The notes below the pieces were generated by a model, which did not search any database, was not told where the DNA came from, and saw only the letters and a list, made by a program, of their open reading frames with translations. A DNA stretch of 64,000 nucleotides from an uncultured bacterium (GTDB lineage: Bacteria; Hydrogenedentota; CAZGCA01; CBFDCQ01), in NCBI GenBank assembly GCA_965603355.1, contig CBFDCQ010000003.1, forward strand, positions 20,802 to 84,801. The letters are read 5' to 3'. A program made the position numbers and the translations under genes. Every line of letters starts with the position of its first letter. Within the stretch, counting starts at the first letter, position 1. Shown here piece by piece: positions 25,639 to 36,609 of this stretch.

Positions 25639-26922
25639 CTATTCTCCCACGACCTCTTGAGGCGATACTATGCGACCCGCGACAGCGCTGGCCGCAGCGA
25701 CAGCGGGGCCCGCAAGATACACCTTGCTCTCCAGATGTCCCATACGTCCCTTGAAATTGCGATTGGTCGTCGCTACAGCAACCTCACCGGCGGCAAGCAC
25801 ACCCATGTGCCCTCCGAGACACGGTCCGCATGTCGGCGTGCTGAAAACGCCGCCCGCCTCGACAAAGACCTCCGCCAGACCTTCCCTGACACAGTCAAGG
25901 TAGACCTGCTGTGTCGCCGGAATTACTATGAGCCGCACGTTACGCGCGACCTTCCTCCCTTTGAGTATGCCTGCGGCGACCCGCATATCCTCGAGTCGGC
26001 CGTTTGTGCACGAGCCGATGAAGGCCTGGTCTACCGGTACGTCTCCGACCTCATCGACGGCGACGGCGTTTCCGGGCAAATCCGGAACCGCTACCTGCAG
26101 CTCAATCGTCGACGAATCGAACTCCAGTACCTCCGCGTACTCGGCTTCGGGATCACTCCGGTAGAGAGTGTACTCCGTTTTCGCGCGCCCGTCAACGTAT
26201 CGCTTCGTTTCGTCGTCGGGAGCTATTATACCACTTTTGCCGCCCGCCTCAATAGCCATGTTGCATATCGTGAGCCTGTCGGCCATGGGGAGCGCCGCGA
26301 TGGTGTCGCCGGTGAACTCCATCGCGCGGTACAAAGCGCCGTCCACGCCTATTTGACCGATAGTATAGAGTACAATATCTTTTCCGCCGACCCACTTTTT
26401 CAGCGGACCGTTGAACACAAACTTCATACTCTCCGGCACTTTCAACCAGACCGTGCCGGTCACCATGGCCGCGGCGAGATCGGTGCTGCCCACGCCCGTG
26501 GCGAACGCGCCGAGCGCGCCGTACGTGCATGTATGGGAATCAGCACCTATGACGAGGTTCCCGGGCACGACCAGCCCTTGCTCGGGCAGCAGCGCGTGTT
26601 CTATCCCCATCTGTCCCGCGTCGTAGAAATGTGTTATGCCGTGTTCCTGGGAGAACGTCCTGAGCCGCTTCGCCTGTTCGGCCGACTTCACGTCCTTGTT
26701 AGGCACGAAATGGTCCGCGACGAGACAGACCTTCTCGGTGTCGAACACGCTCTGAGCGCCTGTTGCCTCGAACTGTTCGATAGCTATCGGCGCAGTGATG
26801 TCGTTTCCGAGCGCAAAGTCCACACGGGCCAATATGAACTGGCCCGGCGCTACCTCACCGCTCGCCGCGTGCGCCGCGAGGATTTTTTCGGTAATCGTCA
26901 TGCCCATGGCTAATCCTGCCAA
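25639..26922 (-). CDS. leuC: aconitase-family dehydratase large subunit (3-isopropylmalate dehydratase / homoaconitase type, ~420 aa form)
   Basis: MTITEKILAAHA N-terminus, GADSHTCTYGALGAF, and Fe-S ligand region IGSCTNGRLEDM...TPTCGPCLGGHMG. No small-subunit gene is adjacent. Confidence 0.75.
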   Translation of the reverse strand: MAGLAMGMTITEKILAAHAASGEVAPGQFILARVDFALGNDITAPIAIEQFEATGAQSVFDTEKVCLVADHFVPNKDVKSAEQAKRLRTFSQEHGITHFYDAGQMGIEHALLPEQGLVVPGNLVIGADSHTCTYGALGAFATGVGSTDLAAAMVTGTVWLKVPESMKFVFNGPLKKWVGGKDIVLYTIGQIGVDGALYRAMEFTGDTIAALPMADRLTICNMAIEAGGKSGIIAPDDETKRYVDGRAKTEYTLYRSDPEAEYAEVLEFDSSTIELQVAVPDLPGNAVAVDEVGDVPVDQAFIGSCTNGRLEDMRVAAGILKGRKVARNVRLIVIPATQQVYLDCVREGLAEVFVEAGGVFSTPTCGPCLGGHMGVLAAGEVAVATTNRNFKGRMGHLESKVYLAGPAVAAASAVAGRIVSPQEVVGE

Positions 26923-26928
26923 GCTGAC

Positions 26929-28794
26929 CTACGAAAGCTTATCCGGCGTTATATAGTCCCCGTGTTCTTCTCTTGCCTTGAGCAGGCGCTTTCTTTGTTC
27001 CTCGATCACCCGGAACACCGTCTTGGGTGTGTCAGCCACTTCATTCTCGTAGATATTCTTTATCCGGTCGATCTTTGCCAGGTTTTCGGGTACCCTTATG
27101 CTGAATTGGCAATTGTAGTCATCGAGCGAGTAGTCTCGTTCCAGCACTTCTTTGAAGAGCCTCGCGAGGTCCTCGTACTTTGGCATCCGGCCGGTCGGCG
27201 TGGTTATGCTCTCGACCTCGCCGTGGACGCGAAGCTCCATCCACTTGTACCAGACCCTCTTATCGGCTTTATTGTTCAGAAAGCTGCCGTCGCTGTCTCT
27301 CAGGAAGTAATTCACCGAGAAGATCAGCGGCGGCTTTTTCAGATTCTTGCCGAAATCGAGGTTGTTCTGGATATACTGCCCTATCGGTATGGGCAGGAAG
27401 TCTATATTGGACATAGGGTTGAACACGCGAACACCCTCTTTGCCCAGCGTGGCCGCGGTGGTCTCGGATTCGAGCGAAGCTCCTTTAGCCACGATGCCGT
27501 GTTCCCAGTCGAACGATTCCTCCACCGGCACGCACGTATCTGAGTCTCTGCCTCCGTAGACTATAGCGCCCACGGGGACGCCGGCGGGGTCATCGAGTTT
27601 GTCATCCTTATTGTCCAACGCGTACAGGCTGAGCGTGAACCGCGCGTTCGGATGCGAGCAGGTTATCCCGTTACCGTTAGCGTCCTTCTTCCCGATGAAC
27701 CACTCGCCCGAATGGTTGTACCCCTTGGGCGGCGTTTCTCCACCCTTGCCAAGCCAGTGCAGGTGTCCGTCCTCAGTGACCAGCACGTTGGAGAATATCA
27801 ACTCGCCGGGGCTCCCGAGCACCTTCCCGAGTATCGGCTCATCCTCGGGATTCACGTCCCGAATTATCCCGAATATGCCCTTCTCGACGTTGACGGCTCT
27901 TATTTCGCCATCGATGTTTCTGATGTAGCATATGTCATCTCCGACGATCGTTTCTCCGCGCAACATCGCGGTGGAAGTCTTCCCGCACAGCGATGGAAAC
28001 GCTCCCGTGAAATACGTCTGTCTACCCTTCGGTCCGTGCACGCACAGGACAAACATATGCTCGACGAGCCAGCCTTCCCCCGAAGCCCTCTTTATCGCCA
28101 GACGCATAGCCAACTTTTTGAGCCCGAGGGTATTACCGCCGTACTGTGTGTTGGTGCTGTACACGGTTCCGTCGGCGATATCGATATATACTTTCCGCTT
28201 GTCGAGATTCTTGGACGTGTTCCTCTCGTCGAGTTCGCCCTGTGAATGGACGAACTTGAAGAAGCGCGCCGAACCGCCAAGCCTCACGAATTCCTCATAC
28301 CCCGTCCGGTAGAGCAGATCCTCGCTGTGGGCAACGTAGCTTGAGTCGGTAAGCTGGACACAGGGTACGGAAAACTCGGAGCCCAGCGGGCCCAGACAGA
28401 AGAACCGAACGTACAGTTCCCTGCCTTTCATAATGTCCTTGAGAATCTCGTGGATTTCGGCCAGCCCCTCATCCCTGTCCTTGGTGTTAATGGTTGAACC
28501 GAGCGCGACACGTTCGGGAAGGAGTATGACGGTATTCTGCTTGTCCCGGGCCTGGTCGCCATAGTTGTCAAAGTGGATGGTGTGACCTTCGATAGCGAGC
28601 TTGCTCTCCTCGCCGTTTCTTATCGCGGACTCCCTGATGTAACTGATATCTTCGGGCGAATCGGTGCAGACGAACACGCTGTCCGGATTGCAGATCTCAA
28701 CGTACCTGGCGATAAACTCGTGAACGTCGCCGTTATCTATTCTCGTAAGTTTCTGGTAGTTTTCCTCACCCAACTGCTCTTTCAAAGATGCCAT
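26929..28794 (-). CDS. pckG: phosphoenolpyruvate carboxykinase (GTP)
   Basis: 621 aa with kinase-1a loop FPSLCGKTSTAML and length and layout typical of GTP-PEPCK. Confidence 0.9.
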   Translation of the reverse strand: MASLKEQLGEENYQKLTRIDNGDVHEFIARYVEICNPDSVFVCTDSPEDISYIRESAIRNGEESKLAIEGHTIHFDNYGDQARDKQNTVILLPERVALGSTINTKDRDEGLAEIHEILKDIMKGRELYVRFFCLGPLGSEFSVPCVQLTDSSYVAHSEDLLYRTGYEEFVRLGGSARFFKFVHSQGELDERNTSKNLDKRKVYIDIADGTVYSTNTQYGGNTLGLKKLAMRLAIKRASGEGWLVEHMFVLCVHGPKGRQTYFTGAFPSLCGKTSTAMLRGETIVGDDICYIRNIDGEIRAVNVEKGIFGIIRDVNPEDEPILGKVLGSPGELIFSNVLVTEDGHLHWLGKGGETPPKGYNHSGEWFIGKKDANGNGITCSHPNARFTLSLYALDNKDDKLDDPAGVPVGAIVYGGRDSDTCVPVEESFDWEHGIVAKGASLESETTAATLGKEGVRVFNPMSNIDFLPIPIGQYIQNNLDFGKNLKKPPLIFSVNYFLRDSDGSFLNNKADKRVWYKWMELRVHGEVESITTPTGRMPKYEDLARLFKEVLERDYSLDDYNCQFSIRVPENLAKIDRIKNIYENEVADTPKTVFRVIEEQRKRLLKAREEHGDYITPDKLS

Positions 28795-28889
28795 TGTGTT
28801 CTGATCCTCACTTGTTGTCCCGACTTCGGATGCTATTCTACACCACTACAGAGTATTGGAACTGCACTGAGCAAAATGTCGTCCCGACC

Positions 28890-29375
28890 TTACTTCGTAG
28901 CGCGTGTCAGGGCGACGCAGCCGGTCCGGGCCATTTCGCGTATGCCGAACGGTCTAAGCATGTTGACAAGCGCCTGGACCTTGTCCTCCGTACCGGTCGC
29001 CTCGATCGTGACGGTTTTGGGAGCGACGTCAACGATCCTTGCGCGAAAGATGTCGACGATCTGCAGTATCTCCGAGCGCGATTTACCCTCCGTGTGGACC
29101 TTGATGAGGACGAGTTCCCGCTCGATGAACTTTTCTTTGGTGATGTCGCTCACCTTGATGACGTCAACAATCTTGTTCAGCTGTTTGGTAATCTGTTCCA
29201 GGATGACATCGTCGCCTCGCACGACCACGGTCATTCTCGAGGCGGTCGGATCCTCCGTCTCACCGACGGACAGACTCTCGATATTGAATCCGCGGCCGCT
29301 GAACAGTCCGGCAATACGTGCCAACACACCGGGGTGGTTCTCCACAAGAACTGAGATCGTGTGACGTTTCATCAT
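28890..29375 (-). CDS. ilvN: acetolactate synthase small (regulatory) subunit
   Basis: 161 aa with ACT domain [34 protein letters not shown]. Overlaps the ilvB stop by 4 nt. Confidence 0.9.
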   Translation of the reverse strand: MMKRHTISVLVENHPGVLARIAGLFSGRGFNIESLSVGETEDPTASRMTVVVRGDDVILEQITKQLNKIVDVIKVSDITKEKFIERELVLIKVHTEGKSRSEILQIVDIFRARIVDVAPKTVTIEATGTEDKVQALVNMLRPFGIREMARTGCVALTRATK

Positions 29376-31045
29376 GCCTCCATAATCATCTGGTTTATCG
29401 CAGCGCCTGCAGGCACCATTGGCATAACATTTTCCTCACGGTCAACCATAAAGTCAAGGACGACCGGTCCGGGTGTCTTTATCGCCTCGTCAATGGCCGG
29501 TCTCACATCGCGCTTTTTCGTGACCTTGATACCCTTGGCGCCGAACGCCTCAGCCACCTTCGCGAAGTCCGGATTGTCGGCCAGGCACGAGCTTGAATAC
29601 CGTCCGTTGTAGAACATTTTCTGCCACTGTCTCACCATTCCGAGGAACCGGTTGTTGAGGATGGCGATTTTGACCGGCAGATTGAGCCTGACGACGGTGG
29701 CCAGCTCCTGAATATTCATCTGGATGCTGCCGTCCCCGGCGATGTCGAAGACGAGCTTGTCCGGACAGGCAACCTGGGCACCTATGGCCGCCGGGAATCC
29801 GTACCCCATGGTTCCGAGCCCGCCGGAGGAGAGGAACCTTCTCGGATCGTCGAGCTTGTAGAACTGTGCAGCCCACATCTGGTTTTGACCGACCTCTGTG
29901 GCGATTATCGCCTTCCCCTTGCTCGCATCGTGAATCTGCTCGATGACGTACTGCGGTTTGATCGTCTTGGCCTTCTTATCGTACGATGTGGGAAACTCCT
30001 TCTTCCACGCGTCGATCTGTTTCAGCCACTTGCTCGTCTTACACTTTTTCACGAGCGGCGTAAGCTTCGAGAGAATGTTTTTCACGTCGCCGACGATCGG
30101 TATGTCCACGGCAACGTTCTTGCTTATCGCTGACGGGTCGATATCGATATGGATTATGCCGGCGCCCGGGGCAAACTTATCCACTTTTCCCGTGATCCTA
30201 TCGTCGAACCTTGCACCGATCGCGATAAGCAGATCGCAATCTGAAACGGCCGAGTTGGCACACTTGGTGCCGTGCATCCCCAGCATTCCCATGAAAAGCG
30301 GGTCGCTGGCCGGGAAACCGCCAAGACCCAGCAGCGTCAGCGTGACCGGTACTTGCGTCTTGCGGGCGAACTCACGCAGCTCGCGGGCCGCATCCGAGCT
30401 GATCACGCCGCCACCCGCATATATCACGGGGCGCTCAGCTTTTGCGATCCGCTCAGCGGCGCGCTTGATCTGCCCTGGATGACCCTCGTACTTCGGCTTG
30501 TACCCGCGCAGCTCGACCGTTCTCGGGTACTTGAACTCGGTCTCCTCCACGGTCACGTCCTTCGGCAAGTCCACGACGACCGGTCCCGGCCTTCCCGTGG
30601 AGGCAATGTGGAACGCCTCCTTTATGACGCGGGCGAGGTTGCGCACATCTTTCACCAGGTAGTTGTGCTTGGTGATCGGGCGCGTAATTCCCGTAATGTC
30701 GGCTTCCTGAAATGCGTCGCTGCCGATCGCAGGGGTGCCGACCTGTCCCGTCAAGGCGACGATCGGGATGCTGTCCATGTATGCGGTCGCTATGCCGGTC
30801 ACGAGGTTGGTCGCACCGGGTCCGGACGTACTCATGCATACGCCGACTCTGCCGGAAGCTCGCGCGTAGCCGTCGGCGGCATGGGCGGCGGCCTGTTCGT
30901 GGCGCGTGAGTACGACCCTGATCGGGGAATCAAACAGCGCGTCGAAAATCCCCAGCACCACACCGCCGGGTATACCGAAGATCGTGTCAACACCTTCCTT
31001 ACACAGCGACTCAACCAGGATTTCTGCTCCCGACATCCGCTTCAC
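29372..31045 (-). CDS. ilvB: acetolactate synthase large subunit (ThDP-dependent)
   Basis: 557 aa with [26 protein letters not shown]-terminus and ThDP motif [16 protein letters not shown]. Confidence 0.95.
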   Translation of the reverse strand: MKRMSGAEILVESLCKEGVDTIFGIPGGVVLGIFDALFDSPIRVVLTRHEQAAAHAADGYARASGRVGVCMSTSGPGATNLVTGIATAYMDSIPIVALTGQVGTPAIGSDAFQEADITGITRPITKHNYLVKDVRNLARVIKEAFHIASTGRPGPVVVDLPKDVTVEETEFKYPRTVELRGYKPKYEGHPGQIKRAAERIAKAERPVIYAGGGVISSDAARELREFARKTQVPVTLTLLGLGGFPASDPLFMGMLGMHGTKCANSAVSDCDLLIAIGARFDDRITGKVDKFAPGAGIIHIDIDPSAISKNVAVDIPIVGDVKNILSKLTPLVKKCKTSKWLKQIDAWKKEFPTSYDKKAKTIKPQYVIEQIHDASKGKAIIATEVGQNQMWAAQFYKLDDPRRFLSSGGLGTMGYGFPAAIGAQVACPDKLVFDIAGDGSIQMNIQELATVVRLNLPVKIAILNNRFLGMVRQWQKMFYNGRYSSSCLADNPDFAKVAEAFGAKGIKVTKKRDVRPAIDEAIKTPGPVVLDFMVDREENVMPMVPAGAAINQMIMEA

Positions 31046-31058
31046 TGTAATTACCTCC

Positions 31059-32717
31059 TCAACTCAGTATCGCGCCCGCGCTCGCCGAGGAAACGCGCTG
31101 CGCATAACGTGCCAGACAACCGGTGGCGATTTTCGGCGCAGGCGGTTGCCACGAATCGCGGCGTTTGCGCAACGTCTCTTCAGGCAACAACACGTCGAGC
31201 GTTCTTGCTGGAATATCTATCCGTATCGTGTCTTCGTTTTCGAGCAGCCCAATGGGGCCACCCTCCATCGCTTCGGGGGAAACGTGACCTATGGAGGCGC
31301 CGCTTGTCGCGCCGGAAAATCTTCCGTCGGTTATGAGCGCGACCTCCTTGTCCATTCCGATACCTTTTATGGCGGCGGTGGGACTCAGCATCTCCTGCAT
31401 TCCGGGTCCGCCCTTAGGTCCCTCGTACCGGATCACTATAACATCGCCTTTCTCGATACTGCGATTGAGAATAGCCTCGTTCGCTTCCGGTTCGGAGTCA
31501 AATATGCGGGCCGGTCCTTCGTGCTTGAGCATTTCCGGAGCGACCGCCGACTCCTTCACCACCGCACCGTCCGGCGCGAGATTCCCGAAAAGTATCGCAA
31601 GACCGCCCGTGGGGTGGTACGGATCGGACAAAGACCGGATCACCGTGGCATCTTCGACCTCGGCGTCGGCACAGTTTTCCGCTATTGTAGCCCCGGCGAC
31701 AGTCTTCGCTTCACCGTGTAGCAACCCGGCATCAGCCAGCCGCTTGAGTATCGCCTGCACACCTCCGGCCGCGTAGAGGTCCTGCATCCTGTGCTCGCCC
31801 GCCGGCGACAGGCTGCAGATGTGCGGCACTCGTTCGGCTAAATCGTTAAGTCCTGCTAGGTCAAACTTGACTCCCGCATCGTGCGCTATCGCCGCGAGGT
31901 GCAGCACGGTGTTCGTGGAACCGCCGAACGCCATATCCAGCATCAAGGCGTTCTCAAACGCCTCCGACGTCATTATCGAACGCGGCAGGAGCTGCTCCTT
32001 GACCAGTTCCACGATGCGGTAGCCGCCCTCTTTGGCGAGCCTGATCCTGCCTGCATGCACTGCCGGTATCGTTCCGTTGCCGGGCAGTGCCATCCCCAGA
32101 GCTTCGCTCAAGCAGTTCATGGAGTTGGCGGTAAAGAGTCCCGCACACGAGCCGGGCCCCGGACATGCGGCATCCTCCAACGCCGCGCACTCCTGCGGCG
32201 TGATCTCGCCGGAAACGGCTTTCGGCACAGCGCCGAACAGGCTCAGGAGGTCCAGCTGTCGTCCCTTCCGCATCCCTGTCAGCATAGGTCCGCCGCTGAC
32301 CATTATCGCGGGAATGTTCAGGCGTGCGGCCGCCATGAGCATACCGGGTACAATCTTATCGCAGTTGGTTACTAGTGCAAGCCCGTCAAACGCGTGCGCT
32401 TTCGCCATGATTTCGACGGAATCCGCGACGACCTCCCGGCTGATGAGGGAGTATTTCATTCCTTCGTGGTTCATCGCGATACCGTCGCACACGCCTATCA
32501 CTCCGAACCTGATCGGCGTTCCGCCGGCGTATCGCACGCCCGCCTCAACCGCGTCGGCAACCCGGTCAAGATGAACGTGACCGGGGATCACCTTGTTGGA
32601 GGAATCGGCAACGCCTATCAAGGGCTGTGTGAGCTCACGATCCGTGTACCCCATCGCTTTGAAAAGCGACCTATGGGGAGCCCTTTCAGCGCCTTTTGTA
32701 ACCGTGTCGCTTATCAA
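31059..32717 (-). CDS. ilvD: dihydroxy-acid dehydratase
   Basis: 552 aa with [18 protein letters not shown], Fe-S Cys context and [11 protein letters not shown] motif. Confidence 0.95.
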   Translation of the reverse strand: MISDTVTKGAERAPHRSLFKAMGYTDRELTQPLIGVADSSNKVIPGHVHLDRVADAVEAGVRYAGGTPIRFGVIGVCDGIAMNHEGMKYSLISREVVADSVEIMAKAHAFDGLALVTNCDKIVPGMLMAAARLNIPAIMVSGGPMLTGMRKGRQLDLLSLFGAVPKAVSGEITPQECAALEDAACPGPGSCAGLFTANSMNCLSEALGMALPGNGTIPAVHAGRIRLAKEGGYRIVELVKEQLLPRSIMTSEAFENALMLDMAFGGSTNTVLHLAAIAHDAGVKFDLAGLNDLAERVPHICSLSPAGEHRMQDLYAAGGVQAILKRLADAGLLHGEAKTVAGATIAENCADAEVEDATVIRSLSDPYHPTGGLAILFGNLAPDGAVVKESAVAPEMLKHEGPARIFDSEPEANEAILNRSIEKGDVIVIRYEGPKGGPGMQEMLSPTAAIKGIGMDKEVALITDGRFSGATSGASIGHVSPEAMEGGPIGLLENEDTIRIDIPARTLDVLLPEETLRKRRDSWQPPAPKIATGCLARYAQRVSSASAGAILS

Positions 32718-32765
32718 TTGTCACCTCCTGTACTTCTGCGGCTATCAGTATTGCCGGACTTCACT

Positions 32766-33323
32766 TCAGTTGAACTCGTTCATTGCCCGCTCGATACCTT
32801 TGAGCACGACGGTATCCACCGCCCGGCAACACCTTTCGAGCAAATCCGGCAGTTCGTTCTTCTCATGTGAGGAGAACCCGCCCAGGACATGGTCCGCCAG
32901 GTCCTCCGGCATATCTTCCGAGCCTACGCCCACGCGAAGTCTCGGGAACTCCTCAGTGCCGACGTTCGAGATTATCGACCGGAGCCCTTTATGGCCTCCG
33001 TACCCTCCTCGGGCTCTGATGCGCAGCTTTCCGAAAGACAGATTAACGTCGTCGGCTATCACGAGAAGCTCGCGCGGTTCCGCTCCGGTCCGACGAAGGA
33101 TACATGCGACCGCCTCGCCGGAGAGGTTGACGAACGTAGTCGGTTTCGCCAATATCACCCTGCATCCGGCCATGTCGGTTCTGGCTATCAGAGATCTACA
33201 CCGTCTCCTCGAGAACCGGCACTTGCGCGCCCGGGCGAGCGCGTCAACGACGGCGAAACCCATATTGTGGCGCGTATGTCTGTACCGTTTGCCCGGATTT
33301 CCGAGACCGACTATTATCTTCAA
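32766..33323 (-). CDS. pth: peptidyl-tRNA hydrolase
   Basis: Core LKIIVGLGNPGKRYRHTRHNMGF. I place the start at TTG 33323, one nt after the rplY stop. The 228-aa track ORF adds a Lys/Arg-rich extension that overlaps rplY in another frame. Confidence 0.8.
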   Translation of the reverse strand: MKIIVGLGNPGKRYRHTRHNMGFAVVDALARARKCRFSRRRCRSLIARTDMAGCRVILAKPTTFVNLSGEAVACILRRTGAEPRELLVIADDVNLSFGKLRIRARGGYGGHKGLRSIISNVGTEEFPRLRVGVGSEDMPEDLADHVLGGFSSHEKNELPDLLERCCRAVDTVVLKGIERAMNEFN

Positions 33324-33324
33324 T

Positions 33325-34029
33325 TCAAGGCTCTCGCCGCTTACGCTGTGTTCCTTCCTCTTCCTCCTTCGTCTGCTCTTCTTCTCCTTCCTTGCCGACG
33401 ACCTCCGGTTCGGCCCCTTCTTCTGCCAGAGCGGCCTCTTCTTCCGCTTCAACCTCTTCGTGCAGCTTAGGCGGCACGATCGTCACGACCCCCCTGTTCG
33501 GGTCCGTGTGAATGATGATTTCTTCGTCCAGCTGGAAATCGCGCACGTGGTAGGAGTGTCCCATTTCCAGGGTGGTCACATCCAACTCGAGGGCGGCGGG
33601 CATCTTCTTGGCCACGCACTCGAGTTCCACCTCACGAAGGAGATGCTCGAGTATACCGCCTTTCTTCACGCCTTCTGCATGTCCGACGAGAACTACCGGC
33701 ACGCTGGTCACTATCTTCTGGTCCATGTCGATATTGTAGAAGTCAACGTGCAGAATATCTCCCGTAACCGCGTGATGTTGGACCTCTCTGAGCAGCACGG
33801 TCTGCTTTTTATTACTTTGGCCGCGCTTCACTTTGAGATCGAGCATTCCGTGTTCGCCGAGCCCGTGATGCAGCATTCGTTCAAACTCCTTGGCGTCCAC
33901 TTCGACCGTGAAAGGCTCATCGCCTCGCCCGTAAACAATACCGGGGATCTTGCCGTCGCGCCTTGCCTTTCGGACTGCAGATCTACCCTTTTGCTCTCTA
34001 ATCTTGGCTTCAAGTACATGGTGTTCCAT
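33325..34029 (-). CDS. rplY: 50S ribosomal protein L25/general stress protein Ctc, long form with acidic tail
   Basis: 234 aa with RKARRDGKIPGIVYGRG N-terminal motif. Conserved glmU-prs-ctc-pth order. Confidence 0.85.
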   Translation of the reverse strand: MEHHVLEAKIREQKGRSAVRKARRDGKIPGIVYGRGDEPFTVEVDAKEFERMLHHGLGEHGMLDLKVKRGQSNKKQTVLLREVQHHAVTGDILHVDFYNIDMDQKIVTSVPVVLVGHAEGVKKGGILEHLLREVELECVAKKMPAALELDVTTLEMGHSYHVRDFQLDEEIIIHTDPNRGVVTIVPPKLHEEVEAEEEAALAEEGAEPEVVGKEGEEEQTKEEEEGTQRKRREP

Positions 34030-34147
34030 AGCAGCGAGTTCCTCTCTTCCTCCATACTACACACAACTGCGGCGGTCTGCCGCGACAGGCCTCTACAGGC
34101 ATGTTACCCATCTGTCCGTACGATATTCCTGCTCCAGTCTCAGCCGG

Positions 34148-35089
34148 TCATACGAAGAGTGAGCTGACTGAGTCCTCGTTATGTATCCGCCGAATAGCCT
34201 CTCCCAACAGGGGAGCTACAGAAAGCACCTTGATCTTCTTCCTTTTCTTGGTGTCGTCGAGCGGGATCGTGTTGCACACGACCAGTTCCTCCAGCCGCGA
34301 CGCTTCCACTTCCTGCGGCCCTGACCCGGACAACACAGGGTGCGTGCACGAGGCGCTGACCGCACTTGCGCCTTGGGCCAGGAGCGCCTCGGCAGCCTTA
34401 GCAAGCGTTCCGCCGGTATCTACAATGTCGTCAACGATCAACGTGTACCGCCCGTTCACATCGCCGATCACGTTCATTATCTCCGCCTCGTTTGGCGATG
34501 GCCGCCTCTTGTCAAGTATCGCCAGATCGGCGTTGAGCCTTTTGGCGAATGCGCGTGCACGCGTCACGCCGCCCGTGTCCGGCGCCACAACCGTCAGGTT
34601 GTCCAAATGCTGTTTCCCGAAGTAGTCCACGAGCACCGGCGCTGCGAAAAGGTGGTCAACAGGTATATCAAAAAAGGCCTGGAGCTGTCCAGCATGTAGA
34701 TCCACCGCAAGGATCCTGTCAGCACCGGCTGCCGTGATAAGGTTCGCCACAAGCTTCGCCGTCACAGGGACTCGAGGTCTATCTTTCATGTCCTGGCGAG
34801 CGTAACCGTAGTACGGGATAACAGCCGTTATGCGTTGTGCCGAGGCTCGTCGCGCCGCGTCTATCAATATCAGGAGCTCCATCAAGTTACGGTTCACCGG
34901 CGGCGCGGTGGAATTTATCAAGAACACGTCCGCTCCGCGCACGTTCTCGTTCAGCTGGATCTTGATCTCGTCGTCGCTAAACGTCGAAACGGTCGCGTTG
35001 CCAGGCGGTACCTCAAGATAATCGCAGATCTCCTTGCTCAGCTCCGGCACAGCATTTCCGCAGAATATCTTGGTCTTCTCTCCAGGCAT
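34148..35089 (-). CDS. prs: ribose-phosphate pyrophosphokinase
   Basis: KIFCGNAVPELSKEI N-terminus, PYYGYARQD, and PRPP loop IVDDIVDTGGTL. Start moved to ATG 35089. Confidence 0.95.
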   Translation of the reverse strand: MPGEKTKIFCGNAVPELSKEICDYLEVPPGNATVSTFSDDEIKIQLNENVRGADVFLINSTAPPVNRNLMELLILIDAARRASAQRITAVIPYYGYARQDMKDRPRVPVTAKLVANLITAAGADRILAVDLHAGQLQAFFDIPVDHLFAAPVLVDYFGKQHLDNLTVVAPDTGGVTRARAFAKRLNADLAILDKRRPSPNEAEIMNVIGDVNGRYTLIVDDIVDTGGTLAKAAEALLAQGASAVSASCTHPVLSGSGPQEVEASRLEELVVCNTIPLDDTKKRKKIKVLSVAPLLGEAIRRIHNEDSVSSLFV

Positions 35090-35099
35090 GGTTTCCCCT

Positions 35100-36455
35100 T
35101 TACTCCTTTCGTTTCCTCTTACCCATCGACCGCGCCGGTACGCCCACGACGACATCGCCCGGCGCCACATCCTTGCCGCTCGCAACAATGGCTCCTGCTC
35201 CGGTCTTGGCGTCCTTACCGACCCTGACCGGCGCCACAAGCACCGTATCGCTGCCTATGCTCGCACCGTCCTCAATAACCGTCTTATGCTTGCGCACGCC
35301 GTCGTAGTTCGCCGTTATTGTCCCGGCACCGACATTGACATGGGAGCCGACCACGGCGTCGCCCAGATAGGTGAGATGAGACACCGATGTATCCGCGCCC
35401 ACCTCCGTCTTCTTGAGCTCGACGAAGTTGCCGATACGGTCTCTGTCGCCCACTCGCGTTTCCGGTCGGATCCTTGAGAACGGTCCCACTCTTGTATCGT
35501 TTCCTATGACGGCGCCCACGCAATGGCTGAGCACCACGCTGGTGCCGTCGCCGATAGTGCAGTCAACGATGACCGAGTGGGGGCCGATTGTGCACCTCTC
35601 ACCGATCACGGTCTTCCCCTCAATCCAACACCCGGGGTAAACGGCGGTATCCTTACCTATCTTCACGTCGTCCGCGACGTAACACGAGTCCGGATCGACT
35701 ATCGTCACGCCGTCACGCATCAACCGAGCGAGGTTCCTGTCGCGGCACAGTCTTGTTGCCTCAGCGAGGTGCATGCGCGAGTTGATTCCGATCGTCTCAT
35801 CAGGATTGTCGGTTTGAACAGATTCCACCTTGTTGCCCTCACGAGCGAGTACTTCAATGACGTCCGTCAAGTAGTATTCGTTTTGATCGTTGTCACGGCT
35901 GACGCTTTCGAGCGCATCGAAGAGTGACCCTGCGTCGAAGCAGTACGTTCCCACATTGATCTCAGCGACCCCTTTCTGGTTATCGCTTGCGTCGCTTTCC
36001 TCGACTATGCGCGTAATACTGCCCTCGTCGTCCCGCAAGATCCTGCCGCGCGCCATCGCGTCAGCCGGACACGTGGTCAGAATCGTGGCTGAAGCCCCTG
36101 ACGTCGTGTGCCGCTCGATCAGATTACGCAGTGTCCCAACAGTCAGGAGCGGTGAATCGCCGGACAGAACCAACATGCCGCCTTTATACCCCGCAAACGA
36201 ATCCTTCGCCTGCATCAGTGCGTGTCCCGTGCCCAACCGTTCGCTCTGCACGACATAACCGACTCGCGAGCCTAGAATGTCGCGCACGCCGTCGTCCAGG
36301 GCGCTCACTACCACTTCAATTTTGTCCAGTTTCAGCTGTTCGACAGTATCAGCAACGCGTTCGATCAGCGTTTTCCCAAGTATCTTATGGAGGACCTTGG
36401 GACGCGACGATCGCATTCGCGTACCCTCACCCGCCGCTAAAACCAAAGCTGCCAT
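35100..36455 (-). CDS. glmU: bifunctional UDP-GlcNAc pyrophosphorylase / GlcN-1-P N-acetyltransferase
   Basis: LVLAAGEGTRMRSSRPKVLH nucleotidyltransferase motif plus C-terminal hexapeptide repeats. Start moved to ATG 36455 because the longer ORF runs through the tRNA gene. Confidence 0.9.
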   Translation of the reverse strand: MAALVLAAGEGTRMRSSRPKVLHKILGKTLIERVADTVEQLKLDKIEVVVSALDDGVRDILGSRVGYVVQSERLGTGHALMQAKDSFAGYKGGMLVLSGDSPLLTVGTLRNLIERHTTSGASATILTTCPADAMARGRILRDDEGSITRIVEESDASDNQKGVAEINVGTYCFDAGSLFDALESVSRDNDQNEYYLTDVIEVLAREGNKVESVQTDNPDETIGINSRMHLAEATRLCRDRNLARLMRDGVTIVDPDSCYVADDVKIGKDTAVYPGCWIEGKTVIGERCTIGPHSVIVDCTIGDGTSVVLSHCVGAVIGNDTRVGPFSRIRPETRVGDRDRIGNFVELKKTEVGADTSVSHLTYLGDAVVGSHVNVGAGTITANYDGVRKHKTVIEDGASIGSDTVLVAPVRVGKDAKTGAGAIVASGKDVAPGDVVVGVPARSMGKRKRKE

Positions 36456-36502
36456 GACTTTCAAAGGAACCGTCTCCCAAGTTTTCCATTGACAGGGACG
36501 AT

Positions 36503-36576
36503 TGGCTGGGGCGGGAGGACTCGAACCTCCAGTGCAGGATCCAAAGTCCTGTGTCTTGCCATTTGACGACGCCCCA
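36503..36576 (-). tRNA. tRNA-Gln (anticodon UUG), CCA encoded
   Basis: The reverse strand folds by hand into a 74-nt cloverleaf: acceptor TGGGGCG/CGCCCCA (U1:A72), anticodon arm CAGGA-CTTTGGA-TCCTG, T arm GGAGG-TTCGAGT-CCTCC, discriminator G, CCA. Confidence 0.9.
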
Positions 36577-36609
36577 CCACCCCGACAGAGCCCTTCCAAA
36601 TCAGGCAAA

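Noticed and set aside
33324-33452. Lys/Arg-rich N-terminal extension of pth (MKRKKRPLWQKK...) overlapping the rplY tail
   Set aside because: The purine-rich DNA encoding the acidic/lysine tail of L25 is open in a second frame by composition. Pth homology starts at LKIIVGLGNPG, with TTG 33323 adjacent to the rplY stop.
25657-34167. Long plus-strand ORFs opposite leuC, pckG, ilvB, ilvD, pth and rplY (e.g. 25657..26913, 30272..31336, 32593..34167)
   Set aside because: These are shadow ORFs in high-GC coding DNA. The minus-strand genes are strongly supported and form a conserved operon-like array.
36456-36608. N-terminal extension of the glmU ORF
   Set aside because: It would be translated through the tRNA-Gln gene. 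The conserved GlmU N-terminus (LVLAAGEGTRM) starts right after ATG 36455.
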